64,000 nucleotides of DNA from an uncultured Gemmatimonadales bacterium (GTDB lineage Bacteria; Gemmatimonadota; Gemmatimonadetes; Gemmatimonadales; Gemmatimonadaceae): contig CAWKNZ010000008.1 in NCBI GenBank assembly GCA_963851265.1, positions 160,001-224,000 on the forward strand, read 5' to 3'. The notes under the pieces were generated by a model. The model was not told where the DNA came from, searched no databases, and was given only the letters and a program-made list of their open reading frames with translations. The translations under genes and the position numbers were made by a program. Position 1 is the stretch's first letter; each line of letters opens with the position of its first letter. Of this stretch, positions 49,757-60,700 are shown one piece after another.

Positions 49757-50470
49757 TCAGGACGCGGCCGCGGCGCCCCGGCCGCGCGTGCAGCGCGCCT
49801 CCGCCCGCAACAGGTAGCCCGCGACCACGTCGTTCAGGCCGCGGATGAGCGTCGCGCGCTGCGCGGCCGGCATGCCGCCCGCAACGCTCATGATGCCGAG
49901 GACGGCGGCGAACAGCGTGAGCGCGCGCGCGCGGCACTCGGCCGGCCGCACGCCCGGCAGGCGCGCCGCGATGATCCGCTCGGCCTGCTGCAGGTGCAGC
50001 GCCTCCAGCCCCGAGCACCGCGCGGCGTCATGCCCCCACGTGGAGTCCGCGGCGAGGATCAGCAGCAGGTCGGGGTGCTCGTCGAGGTACGTGCGGAACG
50101 GGTCGAGGTACCGGTCCACCGTCTGCTCGAGCGTGAGGCGCGACCAGTCGACCGGCTCGTTCAGGCGCAGCAGGTCGCGCTCGAGGATGTTGGAGATGTG
50201 CCGCTCCGCGAGCGCGCGGACCACGTGCGCGCAGTCGGGGAAGAAGTGGTACATCGAACTCTTGGACGTCCCCGACCGCCGCGCGATCGCGTCGACCGTG
50301 AGCCCGGCGGTGCCCTCCTCGACGAGAATCGCGCTCGCCGCGTCGAGGATCGCGTCGACGCGCCGCCGCCCGCGCTCCTGCTGAGGGGCGCGCGCCTCGC
50401 GCGACGCGTCCGCACCCGCCCGCGGCCGCGTCGCCGCGTCCGCGTCCTGGTTCAGCGTCAGCGCCTTCAT
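49757..50470 (-). CDS. TetR/AcrR-family regulator
   Basis: PQQERGRRRVDAILDAA, IARRSGTSKSSMYHFFP. Start ATG 50470. Confidence 0.9.
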   Translation of the reverse strand: MKALTLNQDADAATRPRAGADASREARAPQQERGRRRVDAILDAASAILVEEGTAGLTVDAIARRSGTSKSSMYHFFPDCAHVVRALAERHISNILERDLLRLNEPVDWSRLTLEQTVDRYLDPFRTYLDEHPDLLLILAADSTWGHDAARCSGLEALHLQQAERIIAARLPGVRPAECRARALTLFAAVLGIMSVAGGMPAAQRATLIRGLNDVVAGYLLRAEARCTRGRGAAAAS

Positions 50471-50772
50471 GTGCGTGGATGTAGTCACAGTTTGGGCCCA
50501 ATCGCAAACATACACGCCCACACCGCGCCCCGTGTTGCGCGCGCGGTCGCCGCGACGTCTCTGTGGACCCGTCGCGACAGCCGACCTCGACTGTTGTAGC
50601 AGCGTCGCCACGCGCTGACGCGGTCGCCGCCCGCACCGGTGCGGTGCCTGGCGCGTAAGTCCAAGCGGCACAGGCTGTTAGCGGCAGAGCCGCAGACGCG
50701 CGGGGGCGGCAGACGGGTTGCATTCGGGCCTCACACCCGCGCAGGTCCCGCCACGCGACACCGCCCACCGAC

Positions 50773-51984
50773 ATGCCCGCACTCTCCGCCCCACCACGGC
50801 CCGCGACGTCGGCCGACCGCGCGACCAACGCCGGCCCGCTCCGACAGTACGAGCTCGATTGGCTGCGCCTCGCCTCCGTGCTCGCCGTCGTCGTGATGCA
50901 CGTGGCGCAGACGTACGCGCGGCCGACCGACCCCGCCGCCCGGTGGAGCGCGCAGTCGGAGACGTTAGGCAGCTTCCTGGCCCTCACCGGCTACTGGCGC
51001 ATGCCGCTGCTGTTCTGCATCGCGGGCATGGTCGCGACGCACACGCGCGGTCGGCGCGGGCTGGGCGAGTACGTGCGCGCGCGGGCCGAACGCCTGCTGC
51101 TCCCGCTCGCGGCGGGCCTCGCGCTCCTGGGACCGGCACAGTACGCCCTCGAAGCCGTGCTCGTCGGCGCGCCCGGCCTGCACTTCGCCTGGGGCTACTT
51201 CTGGTTCCTCGGCGCGCTCGCCGGAGTCACGGTGCTCACCCTTCCTCTCGGCGCGTGGCTCGCGCGCCCGGGGGTGCGTCGGACCCTCGCCCCGCTCGCC
51301 GAGCACGGCGGCACGCTCGTCGTCCTCGGCGCGTTGCCGATCGCCGCGACGCTGCTGCCGTACCGCCTGCTCGGCACCGCGCCCGTGCTGGGACACGTCG
51401 ACCTCAAGACGCTGATCGGCTACGGCGGTGACTTCGTCGCCGGCATGGTGCTCGGCAGCGCTCCGGCGTTCCGCGCGACCGTGATCGGGCGGCGGCGCGC
51501 GGCGCTGCTCGCGTGGGCGGGCGCGGCGGCGCTGCAGGTGGTCGGCACGCGGGCGGGGTGGGACGCGCACGTCGCCGTGGTGGCCGAGGGCGTGGCGAGC
51601 TGGGCGTGGGTACTCGCGTGCTACGGGTTCGCCGCACACCACCTCGCGACGCCGTCCCCCGTCCTGATGCGGTGGGCGTCCCGGGCGCTGGCCATCTACA
51701 TCCTGCACGGGGTCCCGCTCGCGGTCGCGCGCAACATCGTGCTCCCGCCCGAACTGCCGCTTCCGCTCCAGGTGGTGCTACTCGTCGCGATCACGGCGGT
51801 CATGGGACTCGCACTCGTACGGCTGGCGGAGGGGTTCGCGGGCACGGCTCGGCTGCTCGGCATGCGGCACGCGCCGATCTCGCCGGAGCCGGTGAGCGTG
51901 CACCTCGCCCACGCGGTCCGGCAGTTGGCCGTCGTCATACGGCCGAGCGCGGCGCCACACGTCGAACTCGGCGGCATCTCCTGA
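50773..51984 (+). CDS. Acyltransferase family 3 (OpgC/MdoC-like) membrane protein
   Basis: RQYELDWLR, WRMPLLF..AG, RAERLLLP, WFL, AIYILH. Confidence 0.85.
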   Translation: MPALSAPPRPATSADRATNAGPLRQYELDWLRLASVLAVVVMHVAQTYARPTDPAARWSAQSETLGSFLALTGYWRMPLLFCIAGMVATHTRGRRGLGEYVRARAERLLLPLAAGLALLGPAQYALEAVLVGAPGLHFAWGYFWFLGALAGVTVLTLPLGAWLARPGVRRTLAPLAEHGGTLVVLGALPIAATLLPYRLLGTAPVLGHVDLKTLIGYGGDFVAGMVLGSAPAFRATVIGRRRAALLAWAGAAALQVVGTRAGWDAHVAVVAEGVASWAWVLACYGFAAHHLATPSPVLMRWASRALAIYILHGVPLAVARNIVLPPELPLPLQVVLLVAITAVMGLALVRLAEGFAGTARLLGMRHAPISPEPVSVHLAHAVRQLAVVIRPSAAPHVELGGIS

Positions 51985-52002
51985 TCGCGCGCCGCGCGGC
52001 CG

Positions 52003-52521
52003 CTACTGCACCCCGGCCAGTTTGACGCGGAATACCAGCACCGCGTTCTGCGGGATCCCCGGCGGCGAGCCGGCGCCGTAGCCGAGCGCGGGCGGGACGA
52101 CGAGCGTGCGCGTTCCGCCGACGCGCATGCCCTCCATCCCCTCGTCCCAGCCTTTGATGACCTCGCCGCGACCCACGACGAAGGCGAGCGGCCGGCCGCT
52201 CGCCTTCGTCGAGTCGAACGTGGTCCCGTCGGTCAGGAACCCGGTGTAGCGCACCAGCACCCCGCGACCCGTCGTCGCGACCGCCCCCCGGCCGACCACG
52301 TCGTCGCGGACGTACAGCCCGCTCGGCCGCCGCGTGAATTTCGCGAGCGCGATGCCGAGCGCCGGCGCGTAGGTGACGGTCGCGGGGTCGGCGATCGGCG
52401 GGGACGCGGCGGCGGCCGGGGCGGCCGCCGCGGCGGAGTCACGCGCGGGCTCGGCACCGGGGCGGCACGCGAGGGCGAGTAGGGCGGCCGCGAGCAGGGC
52501 GGCGGGATGGCGGCGGCGCAT
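52003..52521 (-). CDS. FKBP-type peptidyl-prolyl isomerase, lipoprotein
   Basis: Lipobox ALAC; YTG.L.DG..FDS, VIKGWDEG, LGYG. Confidence 0.93.
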   Translation of the reverse strand: MRRRHPAALLAAALLALACRPGAEPARDSAAAAAPAAAASPPIADPATVTYAPALGIALAKFTRRPSGLYVRDDVVGRGAVATTGRGVLVRYTGFLTDGTTFDSTKASGRPLAFVVGRGEVIKGWDEGMEGMRVGGTRTLVVPPALGYGAGSPPGIPQNAVLVFRVKLAGVQ

Positions 52522-52601
52522 GGGCGCGACGGATCGACGGGGGCGGGAGAGCGCGGAGTGGCGAGCTTACCCGCGCGCCGCAGCGCCGGCAACCGAGCGC
52601 C

Positions 52602-53225
52602 TCACACCAACTCACGCGCGGCCGACGCGCGCAACACCCCGCGCGCGACCTCGTGAAATGCCGCGTCGACCTGCACCGGCGTGGCGGCGGCCGGGTGGTC
52701 CTGCCACCACCGAATCGCCTCCATGAGGGCGCCCGCCAGCATCCGCGCGACCAGCGCGCGCGGCATGTCCGGCGCGCTGCCGCCCGCGTGTCCGAGCCGG
52801 CGCGCGATCATGCGCGCCGCGTGGTCCGCGCACAGCGCCCACATCTCGTCCAGCAGGCCGTCGCGCCGCAACGCGTCCACGAGCGCCGGCTCCTCGCCGA
52901 CGTGCGCGAGGAACTCGGCGACCGGAAAGAGGCGCGGTCCGGCGGGCGACGGCCGCTCGACGAGCGGCGCAAGCCAGGCGAACACCCCCTCGTAGCTCGA
53001 GAGGAGCACGTCCTGCTTGTTGCGGTAATGCGCGTAGAAGGTCGCGCGGCCGACCCCCGCCCGGTCGAGGATGTCCTGCACCGTGATCGCGTCGAACTCG
53101 CGCTCCTTGATGAGCCCGATGAGGGCGCGGGCGAGCGCGCGAGTGGTGCGGGCGACCCGCGGGTCGACCTCGTCGTCGGCCCGGACGGCGGGTTTCCGAA
53201 CACGTGCGGGAGAGTCGTTCGGCAT
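52602..53225 (-). CDS. TetR-family regulator
   Basis: DPRVARTTRAL, ITVQDILDRAGVGRATFYAHY. Confidence 0.92.
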   Translation of the reverse strand: MPNDSPARVRKPAVRADDEVDPRVARTTRALARALIGLIKEREFDAITVQDILDRAGVGRATFYAHYRNKQDVLLSSYEGVFAWLAPLVERPSPAGPRLFPVAEFLAHVGEEPALVDALRRDGLLDEMWALCADHAARMIARRLGHAGGSAPDMPRALVARMLAGALMEAIRWWQDHPAAATPVQVDAAFHEVARGVLRASAARELV

Positions 53226-53254
53226 CGGGGGCGGGGACGGCGGGAAGACGCGAT

Positions 53255-53274
53255 GTTCGGCGCGTACGCCGGAC
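53255..53274. promoter_or_regulatory. Imperfect inverted repeat, candidate TetR operator
   Basis: GTTCGGCG-CGTA-CGCCGGAC (7/8 match) in the short divergent intergenic region. Confidence 0.35.
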
Positions 53275-53297
53275 CACGATCACTCCCCGCGCCGCCG

Positions 53298-54044
53298 ATG
53301 TCCACCGCCCCACGCACGGCAGTCAGCAGCCTACCTGCCGACCGTCCCCAAGTCGACCGCCCCGCGGCCGACCACGTCGCCGCCGCGCTGCTGGCGGTGC
53401 CCGCGCTCCTGACCCTCGTCCTCCTCCTGCATCACCCAGCTCTGCACGGGCGACACGGCGTGGCCGACGTCGCGGCCGGCGTTCAGGCGATCGCCCCCAT
53501 GACCCGGTTCGTCCACGGCAGCATCGTCGCGATGTTCGCCCTGCAGACGCTCGGGTTCCTGCGCTTCTCCGCCTCGCTCGGCTGGAGGCGCCCCGCGGTC
53601 GGCGCGGCGTTCCTCGCGTACGGCGCGGGCGTCGTGCTCTCGGTCATCCCCGCCATGCTCGACGGCTTCGTGGCGCCGGACCTCGCCGCGGCCTGCCTCG
53701 GCACGTCGGCGGGATGCGGGCCGGCGGACGGCGGCGCGTTCCGTCTGGTCGCGGTGATGATCCAGGCGTTCACCAAGGTCGCACTCGTCGCGATGTCGGC
53801 CGGGACGTTCGGCTGGGCGTGCGCGCTGCTCGCCGACGCGGGCGCGGGCCGGCGGCTCGCGGGCGCGGGCGGACTCGTCTGCGCGGTGGTCCCCGTCGCC
53901 ATCCTCCTCCGCTCGGACGTGTACCTCAGACCCGGCAACCTGGCTGGCATGTTCGCGGCCCAGGTGGTCTGGACGCTGCTCGCGGCGGCGGTGGTGGCCG
54001 GCAGGCCGCGCGCCGCCTCACGCCATGCCCGACGTATCGCCTGA
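53298..54044 (+). CDS. Hypothetical integral membrane protein
   Basis: ATG 53298; about six hydrophobic segments; divergent from the TetR gene. Confidence 0.7.
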   Translation: MSTAPRTAVSSLPADRPQVDRPAADHVAAALLAVPALLTLVLLLHHPALHGRHGVADVAAGVQAIAPMTRFVHGSIVAMFALQTLGFLRFSASLGWRRPAVGAAFLAYGAGVVLSVIPAMLDGFVAPDLAAACLGTSAGCGPADGGAFRLVAVMIQAFTKVALVAMSAGTFGWACALLADAGAGRRLAGAGGLVCAVVPVAILLRSDVYLRPGNLAGMFAAQVVWTLLAAAVVAGRPRAASRHARRIA

Positions 54045-54084
54045 CGCGGTGTCCTCCCCCACGTCGACGTGGCGAAGACGCCAT

Positions 54085-55716
54085 TCAAGGCGCGCACGTG
54101 GAGTTGGGCACCGCGTCCGGCGGGTCGAGCTCGACCGCGCCGCCGGCCCCGCGCGCGAGCGTACCGGAGTACGGGCCGACCAGCTCGCGCGCCCACCAGC
54201 GCCCGGTGGCCCGCCGCTCGGCGCGCGTGGTGAAGCGGTAGCGCCAGAGCACCGTCCGCACCGCGGCCGGCGGCACGCCCACAAACGGGTCGCCGCGGAA
54301 GAGCGCCAGCACGGGCGGGCTCCCCTCCAGCAGGCGGAGTTGCGCGCGCACCACCCACGGCGACGCGCGCCAGGGCCCGAGCGAGGCGAACCACAGGTTC
54401 CAGTCGAAGCGCGGCTGGTACGGCGCGTAGATCCCCGGCGCCTCGCGCGGGTCCTGCGGCTTGTAGCGGAACGGGTAGGCCGCCCACGTCCGCCCGTCGC
54501 GCGTGCCCTGGAACTCGATCTCGCACTCCGCGGGCGTCATCGTGGCGAACAGCCCGTACGTGTTGGCGACGCGGAACGGCGCGAGCAGCCGCTCGGGCTC
54601 GGTGAGCGGCGCGGGCAGCACGGGTTCGAGCGTGGCGACGAACGTGAAGGCGAGCACGGCCGCGCTCGCCCATCCGCGCCAGGTGACCGGGCGCCACGGC
54701 GGGGCCGGGGTGTCTAACGACACGTCGCCTAACGGATCGTCCGCCGCCGCGCGCCGGCGCGCCAGGCGCCGCGCCCACGCCGCGACCGGCGCGAGCGCGC
54801 GGTCGTCGAGCAGAAACACGCCGAGCAGGAGGACGAGGTGGTTGAGGAAGGCGTAGTTGGCGGTCGCGATGATGCCGAGCTGGAACAGCGTGACCAGGAC
54901 GCAGCAGGCGATGCGCGCGCGTCGCCCGAGGAAGAGCGCCCAGACGAGCACCAGTTCGAACACGAGCGTGACCACCACCGTGCCGGCGTGGTACCAGTGC
55001 GGGAGCTGCTGCACGTACCAGCCCGGCCACGACGGGAGCGGGCTCGTCTCGTAGTAGCGGTCCATCGCCGTGAGGTCGCGCCAGTGCGGGTCGCCGCTGG
55101 CGAGCTTGACCACGCCGCTCTCGAAGTAGATGCGGAACCACTCCCACTGGAGCAGGAAGACGCTCGCGCGCGCCGGGGGGCTCCCCGCCCCGAGCCCCGG
55201 CCGGCGCCCGGGCGGCGCGAGGAAGCAGGCCAGGAAGCCGGCTTCGAGCAGCATGCCGTCGCTCTGGTAGCCCGAGAAGTCCTGCAGGACGCTCACGAGC
55301 GAGAGGAAGCACACGACGCAGGCGACCACGGCGAGCCGCGGCACACGGTTGAGGGCGAGCAGCCCCGACGCGACGAGCCCGGCGGCGGCGACGGCGAGCA
55401 GCGCGCCGTCGTTAGGCCCCGCCCAGAGGACCGTGGGCGCGAGCCAGAAGTGTTCGAGCCCGGGCGCGGCGCGCGCGACGTCCGGCAGGTACTCGGCCGC
55501 GGGCAGGACCCCGCGCGCGCCGACGAGGCCGCGGACCTGGCCGGCGAGCGCGTAGAACGCGGAGCCGAAGACGAGCCCGAGCGCGCGCAGGAAGATCCAC
55601 CGCGGCCACAAGTAGCCCGGCGGCCGCGCGGGCTCCCGGGCGGGCTCCCGGGCGGGCGCCCGGGCGGGCACCCGGGCGGGCTCCCGGGCGGCCTCGGCGG
55701 CTGGCCGGTCGCTCAC
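54085..55716 (-). CDS. Lipase maturation factor (LMF1) family membrane protein
   Basis: GTG 55716 overlaps the RES stop; LRALGLVF..AF, QSDGMLLEAGF, SGVVKL, TANYAFLN, PYQPRFDWNLWF. Confidence 0.88.
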   Translation of the reverse strand: MSDRPAAEAAREPARVPARAPAREPAREPARPPGYLWPRWIFLRALGLVFGSAFYALAGQVRGLVGARGVLPAAEYLPDVARAAPGLEHFWLAPTVLWAGPNDGALLAVAAAGLVASGLLALNRVPRLAVVACVVCFLSLVSVLQDFSGYQSDGMLLEAGFLACFLAPPGRRPGLGAGSPPARASVFLLQWEWFRIYFESGVVKLASGDPHWRDLTAMDRYYETSPLPSWPGWYVQQLPHWYHAGTVVVTLVFELVLVWALFLGRRARIACCVLVTLFQLGIIATANYAFLNHLVLLLGVFLLDDRALAPVAAWARRLARRRAAADDPLGDVSLDTPAPPWRPVTWRGWASAAVLAFTFVATLEPVLPAPLTEPERLLAPFRVANTYGLFATMTPAECEIEFQGTRDGRTWAAYPFRYKPQDPREAPGIYAPYQPRFDWNLWFASLGPWRASPWVVRAQLRLLEGSPPVLALFRGDPFVGVPPAAVRTVLWRYRFTTRAERRATGRWWARELVGPYSGTLARGAGGAVELDPPDAVPNSTCAP

Positions 55717-56195
55717 CGGCGGGCGGGGTCGAGCAGCCGCGGCTCGAACACGTAGGGGATCGTCTCGACGATGGTACAACGCGCCGCGTCCGGGTGCGCG
55801 GGGTTGAGCAGGACGTTCTCGGCCAGCGGCACCACCGCCGACGGCACCCGCAGCACGGCCGCCGCGCCGCCCGCGAGCCACGCCGCGCCCGCCGCGAGGC
55901 ACCCGGGCGACGCCGCACGACGCCAGTCCGGGTCGGCGCGTTCGAGTTCGGCGCGCGTCACCGCGGCCACCGCGACGTCGTCCGGCACGGCGACGCGCAG
56001 GAAGACGAGCGCGTCGGGCAGGTCTTCGGGGTCGCGAACGTGTACGAGGTACTCGGCCACGGCGAGTGCCGGGTGGTCGCCGGCGTAGACCACGGCCGCC
56101 CCGCGCGGGTTCCAGCGCCCGCCCGCGCGGCGCGCCCCCTCGCCCGAGAGGTCCGCGTACCTCGGCGTCGTGAGCCGCCAGGCGACGAGCGCCAC
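55713..56195 (-). CDS. RES-domain toxin (ParT/MbcT-like)
   Basis: SGEGA...GGRWN, ALAVAE, VPSAVVP, NVLLNP.H. Confidence 0.9.
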   Translation of the reverse strand: MALVAWRLTTPRYADLSGEGARRAGGRWNPRGAAVVYAGDHPALAVAEYLVHVRDPEDLPDALVFLRVAVPDDVAVAAVTRAELERADPDWRRAASPGCLAAGAAWLAGGAAAVLRVPSAVVPLAENVLLNPAHPDAARCTIVETIPYVFEPRLLDPARR

Positions 56196-56228
56196 CGCGC
56201 GCGCTCCGTTAGGCGTGCGCGGCGCGCC

Positions 56229-56666
56229 CTACGCCAGGTCGCCGCTCGCGATGCGCGTGAGCTCGTCCTCGACGAGCCGCGCGCCGTCGGAGGTGACGAC
56301 GAGCGCGAGCGGAACCTCGCCGCGCAGCACGCGGCTCGGGCGGCGCAGCCATCGCCCGGCCTTCGCCGCGCTCCCGAAGCTCTCCCCCGCGACGGCCAGC
56401 ACGCGGGCCACGCGCGCCAGCCGGTCGGACTCGTCGACCGTGAGCCGCTCGCCGCGCGCACGCCGGTGCGACAGGGTGCGGCGCGGCAACACGAGGCGGT
56501 CGACCTCGTCGGCCGTGAGCAGCCCGCGCGCGAGCAGGTCGTCGACCGCGGCCGTCGGCAACCCCGCCTGTACGGCGTCGACGAGGTCGTAGTCCGTCGC
56601 GATCGGGCCGACGACGTCGTCGCCGCCGAGGTAGGCGCCGACCTGCGGGGCGAGTGCGGTAGCCAT
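56229..56666 (-). CDS. Xre/ParS/MbcA-type antitoxin
   Basis: RTLSHRR, LT.DESDRL.R, A.RWLR.P...L.G..PL; upstream of the RES gene. Start ATG 56666. Confidence 0.88.
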   Translation of the reverse strand: MATALAPQVGAYLGGDDVVGPIATDYDLVDAVQAGLPTAAVDDLLARGLLTADEVDRLVLPRRTLSHRRARGERLTVDESDRLARVARVLAVAGESFGSAAKAGRWLRRPSRVLRGEVPLALVVTSDGARLVEDELTRIASGDLA

Positions 56667-56705
56667 GGTGGTGAGGCGAAGCAGCCTGAGCGGCAAGATG
56701 CCGCG

Positions 56706-57668
56706 CTATTCTGGCAATATTGCCACGGCCCTCGTTCCCGTCAACGCGCGGCGACGTGTGCCACGGCGCCGCGCCTCCGCGGCGAGCAGCTCGAGGAACG
56801 CCCGCGCCGCCGCGCTCGGCCGGCGGCGAGCCATCGACAGCCGGTTGAACGGGCGCGTGATCCGGAGCGTGCGGACCGGGACGACCGTCAGCCGCCCGAG
56901 CGCGAGCTGCTCGACCACGGTCGCCCGCGACACGACCGCGATCCCGACGCCTTCCGCGACGAGCCGTTTGATCACCTCCGTGCCGTCCACCGCCATCGTG
57001 CGCGCGGGCGCCACGCCGCCGGCGGTGAGGCCGTGCAGGACGAGGTCGCGCGTCCCCGACTCGGGCTCGCGCAGGATCAGCAGTTCCTCGTCGAGCGCGG
57101 CGGGCGGCACGGGCCCGTGCGCCGCCGCCCGTCGGGCGAGCGGGTGCGAGGGCGCGGCCACCACGACCATCTCGTCGGTGATCCAGCGCGTGACCGTGAT
57201 CCGTGGGTCGGTGACCGGCGCCTCCGCGAGCGCGACGTCGATCTCGTAATTGCGCACGAGGGGCACGAGCACCCGCGTGTGCACGGACGACAGCCGCAGG
57301 TCGATCTCGGGGTGCGCCCGCGCGAACGCCCCGATCAACGGCGGTAGCTCGTACGTGGCGATCGTCGTGCTCGCGCCGATGTGCAGTGTGCCCCGCATCA
57401 GGCCGCGCGCCGCCGCCATCGCCTCCTCGGCCGCGCGCTCGGCCGCGGCCACCGCCTGCGCGTGCTCGAACAGCTCGAGGCCGGCCGCCGTGGGGTGCAC
57501 GCCGCGCGCGCTGCGTTCGAGCAGCTCGACGCCGAGGTCGCGCTCCAGTTCGGCGATCGCGCGCGACACCGCGGGCTGGCTGACGAGGAGCGCGCGTGCG
57601 GCCGCGCCGACGCCGTCGTGGCGCACCGCCGCCGCGAACATGCGGAGTTGGTGAAGGTTGAGGGCCAT
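56706..57668 (-). CDS. LysR-family transcriptional regulator
   Basis: LNLHQLR.F, SQPAVSRAI.ELE, GASTTI, REPESGTR. Confidence 0.93.
   Translation of the reverse strand: MALNLHQLRMFAAAVRHDGVGAAARALLVSQPAVSRAIAELERDLGVELLERSARGVHPTAAGLELFEHAQAVAAAERAAEEAMAAARGLMRGTLHIGASTTIATYELPPLIGAFARAHPEIDLRLSSVHTRVLVPLVRNYEIDVALAEAPVTDPRITVTRWITDEMVVVAAPSHPLARRAAAHGPVPPAALDEELLILREPESGTRDLVLHGLTAGGVAPARTMAVDGTEVIKRLVAEGVGIAVVSRATVVEQLALGRLTVVPVRTLRITRPFNRLSMARRRPSAAARAFLELLAAEARRRGTRRRALTGTRAVAILPE
56712..56725. promoter_or_regulatory. Perfect 14-bp palindrome TGGCAATATTGCCA, candidate TA autoregulatory operator
   Basis: AT-rich palindrome 46 bp upstream of the antitoxin start, inside the last codons of the LysR gene. 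Confidence 0.5.
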
Positions 57669-57684
57669 AACGAAAGCTGATGGC
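57664..57684. promoter_or_regulatory. LysR T-N11-A box
   Basis: GCCAT-N11-ATGGC overlapping the lysR start codon in the divergent region. Confidence 0.55.
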
Positions 57685-57786
57685 TAAGACGCGCTGTATC
57701 CAGCTGTGAGCGCCGGCCCGGCCACCTAGTATCCGCAGCGTCCGCATCCCGCGCGGCCCCACGTCCGCCCCTGCCCCGCCCGCCGT

Positions 57787-60700
57787 ATGTGGCTCGTCCG
57801 ACTCGCGCTCCGCCAGCCGTACACGGTCGCCGTCTTCGCCGCCGTGCTCGTGCTCATGGGCGTGCTCGCCATGAAGAGCATGCTCGTCGACCTGTTCCCC
57901 AACATCGACATCCCGGTCGTCGCCGTCGTCTGGAACTACAACGGACTCTCGGCCGAGGACATGGAGCGGCGCGTCGTGCTGCTCTCCGAGCGCGGCCTGT
58001 CGAGCACGGTGAACGGGATCCAGCGCATCGAGTCGCAGTCGATCCCCGGCATCGGGCTGGAGAAGATCTACTTCCAGCCCGGCATCGACGTCGGCAACGC
58101 GATCGCCCAGATCGCCGCGTCGTCGAGCACGTCGCTGCGCGCGATGCCGCCGGGCATGACGCCCCCGTACATCATCCAGAGCAACGCGTCGAGCGTGCCC
58201 GTGGCGCAGATGACGCTGTCGAGCAAGTCGATCGACGAGGCGAAGATCTCCGACTACGGGCAGAACTTCCTCCGCCTCCGGCTGTTCACGATCCCCGGCC
58301 TCTCGACGCCGGCGCCCTACGGCGGGAAGACGCGCGAGATCACCGTCGACGTCGACCCCGCCAAGCTCGCCAACGCGGGCCTCTCGCCGAGCGACGTCGT
58401 GCAGGCGATTCAGAGCTCGAACGTCATCATCCCCGCCGGCACGGCGCGCCTCGGCGACCGCGAGTACAACGTCGCGCTCAACTCGAGCCCGTCGGCGGTC
58501 GCCGACTTCGCCCACATCCCGATCAAGGTCGTGCGCGGCGCGCCGATCACCGTCGGCGACGTCGCCACCGTGAACGACGGCTACGCCGACCAGACCAACA
58601 TCGTCCGCGTCAACGGCCGGCGCGCGGCGTACCTCTCCATCCTCAAGAAGGCCGACGCGTCGACGCTCACGGTCGTCGAGAGCACGAAGGAGCTGCTCCC
58701 CACGCTGCGGAAGATCGCGCCTAACGGAATGGAGCTGAACCTCGACTTCGACCAGTCGACGTTCGTGAAGGCGGCCGTCGCCGGCGTCGTGCGCGAGGCG
58801 TTCATCTCCGCGCTACTCGTCTCGCTCATGATCCTGTTCTTCCTCGGATCGTGGCGCTCGGTGGTCGTCGCGATCGCGTCGATCCCGCTCGCGCTCGCCT
58901 GCTCGATCATGGCGCTCAAGGCGACCGGGAACTCGTTCAACATCATGACGCTCGGCGGGATCTCGCTGTCGATCGGGCTCCTCGTCGACACCGCGACGAT
59001 CACCGTCGAGAACATCCACCGCAACCGCGGGATGGGGAAGCCGCTCACCGTCTCGATCCTCGACGGCGCGCAGCAGATCGCGCAGCCGGTGATCATGGCG
59101 ACGCTCGCCATCTGCATCGTGTTCTTCCCGGTGGTGCTGCTCGTCGGCCCGGCGCGCTTCCTCTTCGTGCCGATGGCCCTCGCGGTGGTCACGGCGATGC
59201 TCGCGGCGTGGCTACTCTCGCGCACGCTCGTCAAGACGCTCGCGCGCATGCTGCTCGCCGGCGAGCGCGCGCACGGCCAGGGGCACGACGCCGAGGTGGA
59301 CCTGCCGCACGCGAGCGGCTTCTCGCGCCTTTCGCACGCCTTCAACGTGGCGCGCGACCGCTGGTTCGGCCGCTTCCAGGACCGCTACACGGCGGCCCTG
59401 CGCACGCTCGTCGCCCACCGGGCGGTCACGCTGCTCGCGTTCACGGGGCTCGCGGTCGTCAGCTTCTGCCTGCTCCCCCTCGTGGGCCAGGACTTCTTCC
59501 CGAGCACCGACGCCGGGATGATGAAGCTGCACTTCCGCGCCCCGCCGGGGACGCGCATCGAGAAGACCGACTCGCTCGTCGCCGACGTCGAGCGGCACAT
59601 CCGCGCCCTCGTTCCCGCGGGGCAGCTGGAGACGATCAACTCGATGATCGGGCTGCCGTCGCCGCTCTCGCTCGCCTTCGTCCCCACCGACAACACGAGC
59701 GCGATGGACGCCGAGATCCTCGTCGCGCTGAAGCCCGGGCACGCGCCCACCGCGGAGTACGTCGCGAGGATCCGCGACGACCTCGCGAGGAGCTTCCCGG
59801 GGAGCACGGCGTACTTCCAGACGGCCGACATCGTCAGCCAGGTGCTCAACTTCGGACTCTCGGCCCCGATCGACGTGCAGGTGCAGGACAACGACCTGCA
59901 GCAGGGCTACGCCATCGCCAGCCGGCTGGCGACGGCCATGCGGACCGTGCCCGGCGCGGCCGACGTGCACGTCAAGCAGTCGCTCGACTACCCGACGCTC
60001 CGCGTCGAGGTGGACCGCGAGCGCGCCGGCGTGCTGGGGCTCTCGCAGCGCGACGTCGCCAACAGCATGCTCACCTCGCTCTCGTCGAGCGCGGTGGTCG
60101 CGCCGAGCTACTTCATCAACCCGGCCAACAACGTCAACTACCTGGTCGCGGTGAAGACGCCGCTCGCCAACTTCCAGAGGACGTCGGACCTCCTCTCGAC
60201 CCCCGTCACGCCGCAGGGCGGCGGCCTCGGGCAGGGCGCGACGGCGGGGGGCACGCTCGACCGCGCGCCGCAGCCGCTCGACCTGCCGTCCGCGCCCACG
60301 CAGACGCTCGGCAACGTCGCGACGGTGAGCACCCGCGCGGTGCCCAACGAGATCGACCACTCGACCGTGCAGCGCGTCGTCGACGTCGACGCCAACGTCG
60401 AGGGGCGCGACCTCGGCTCCGTGGTCGCCGGCATCCAGGACCGGATCGCCGGGCTCGGCGCGCTCCCGGCGGGTGTCTCGATCGTGGTCCGCGGGCAGGG
60501 CGAGGTCATGCACCAGGCCTTCTCGTCGCTCGCGCTCGGGCTCGTGGTCTCGATCATCCTGGTCTATCTGCTGATGGTGATCATGTTCCAGAGCTGGCTC
60601 GACCCGATCATCATCATGATCGCCGTGCCGGGGGCGCTCGTCGGGATCCTCTGGGCGCTCGCGATCACGGGGACGACGATCAACGTCGTCTCGCTCATGG

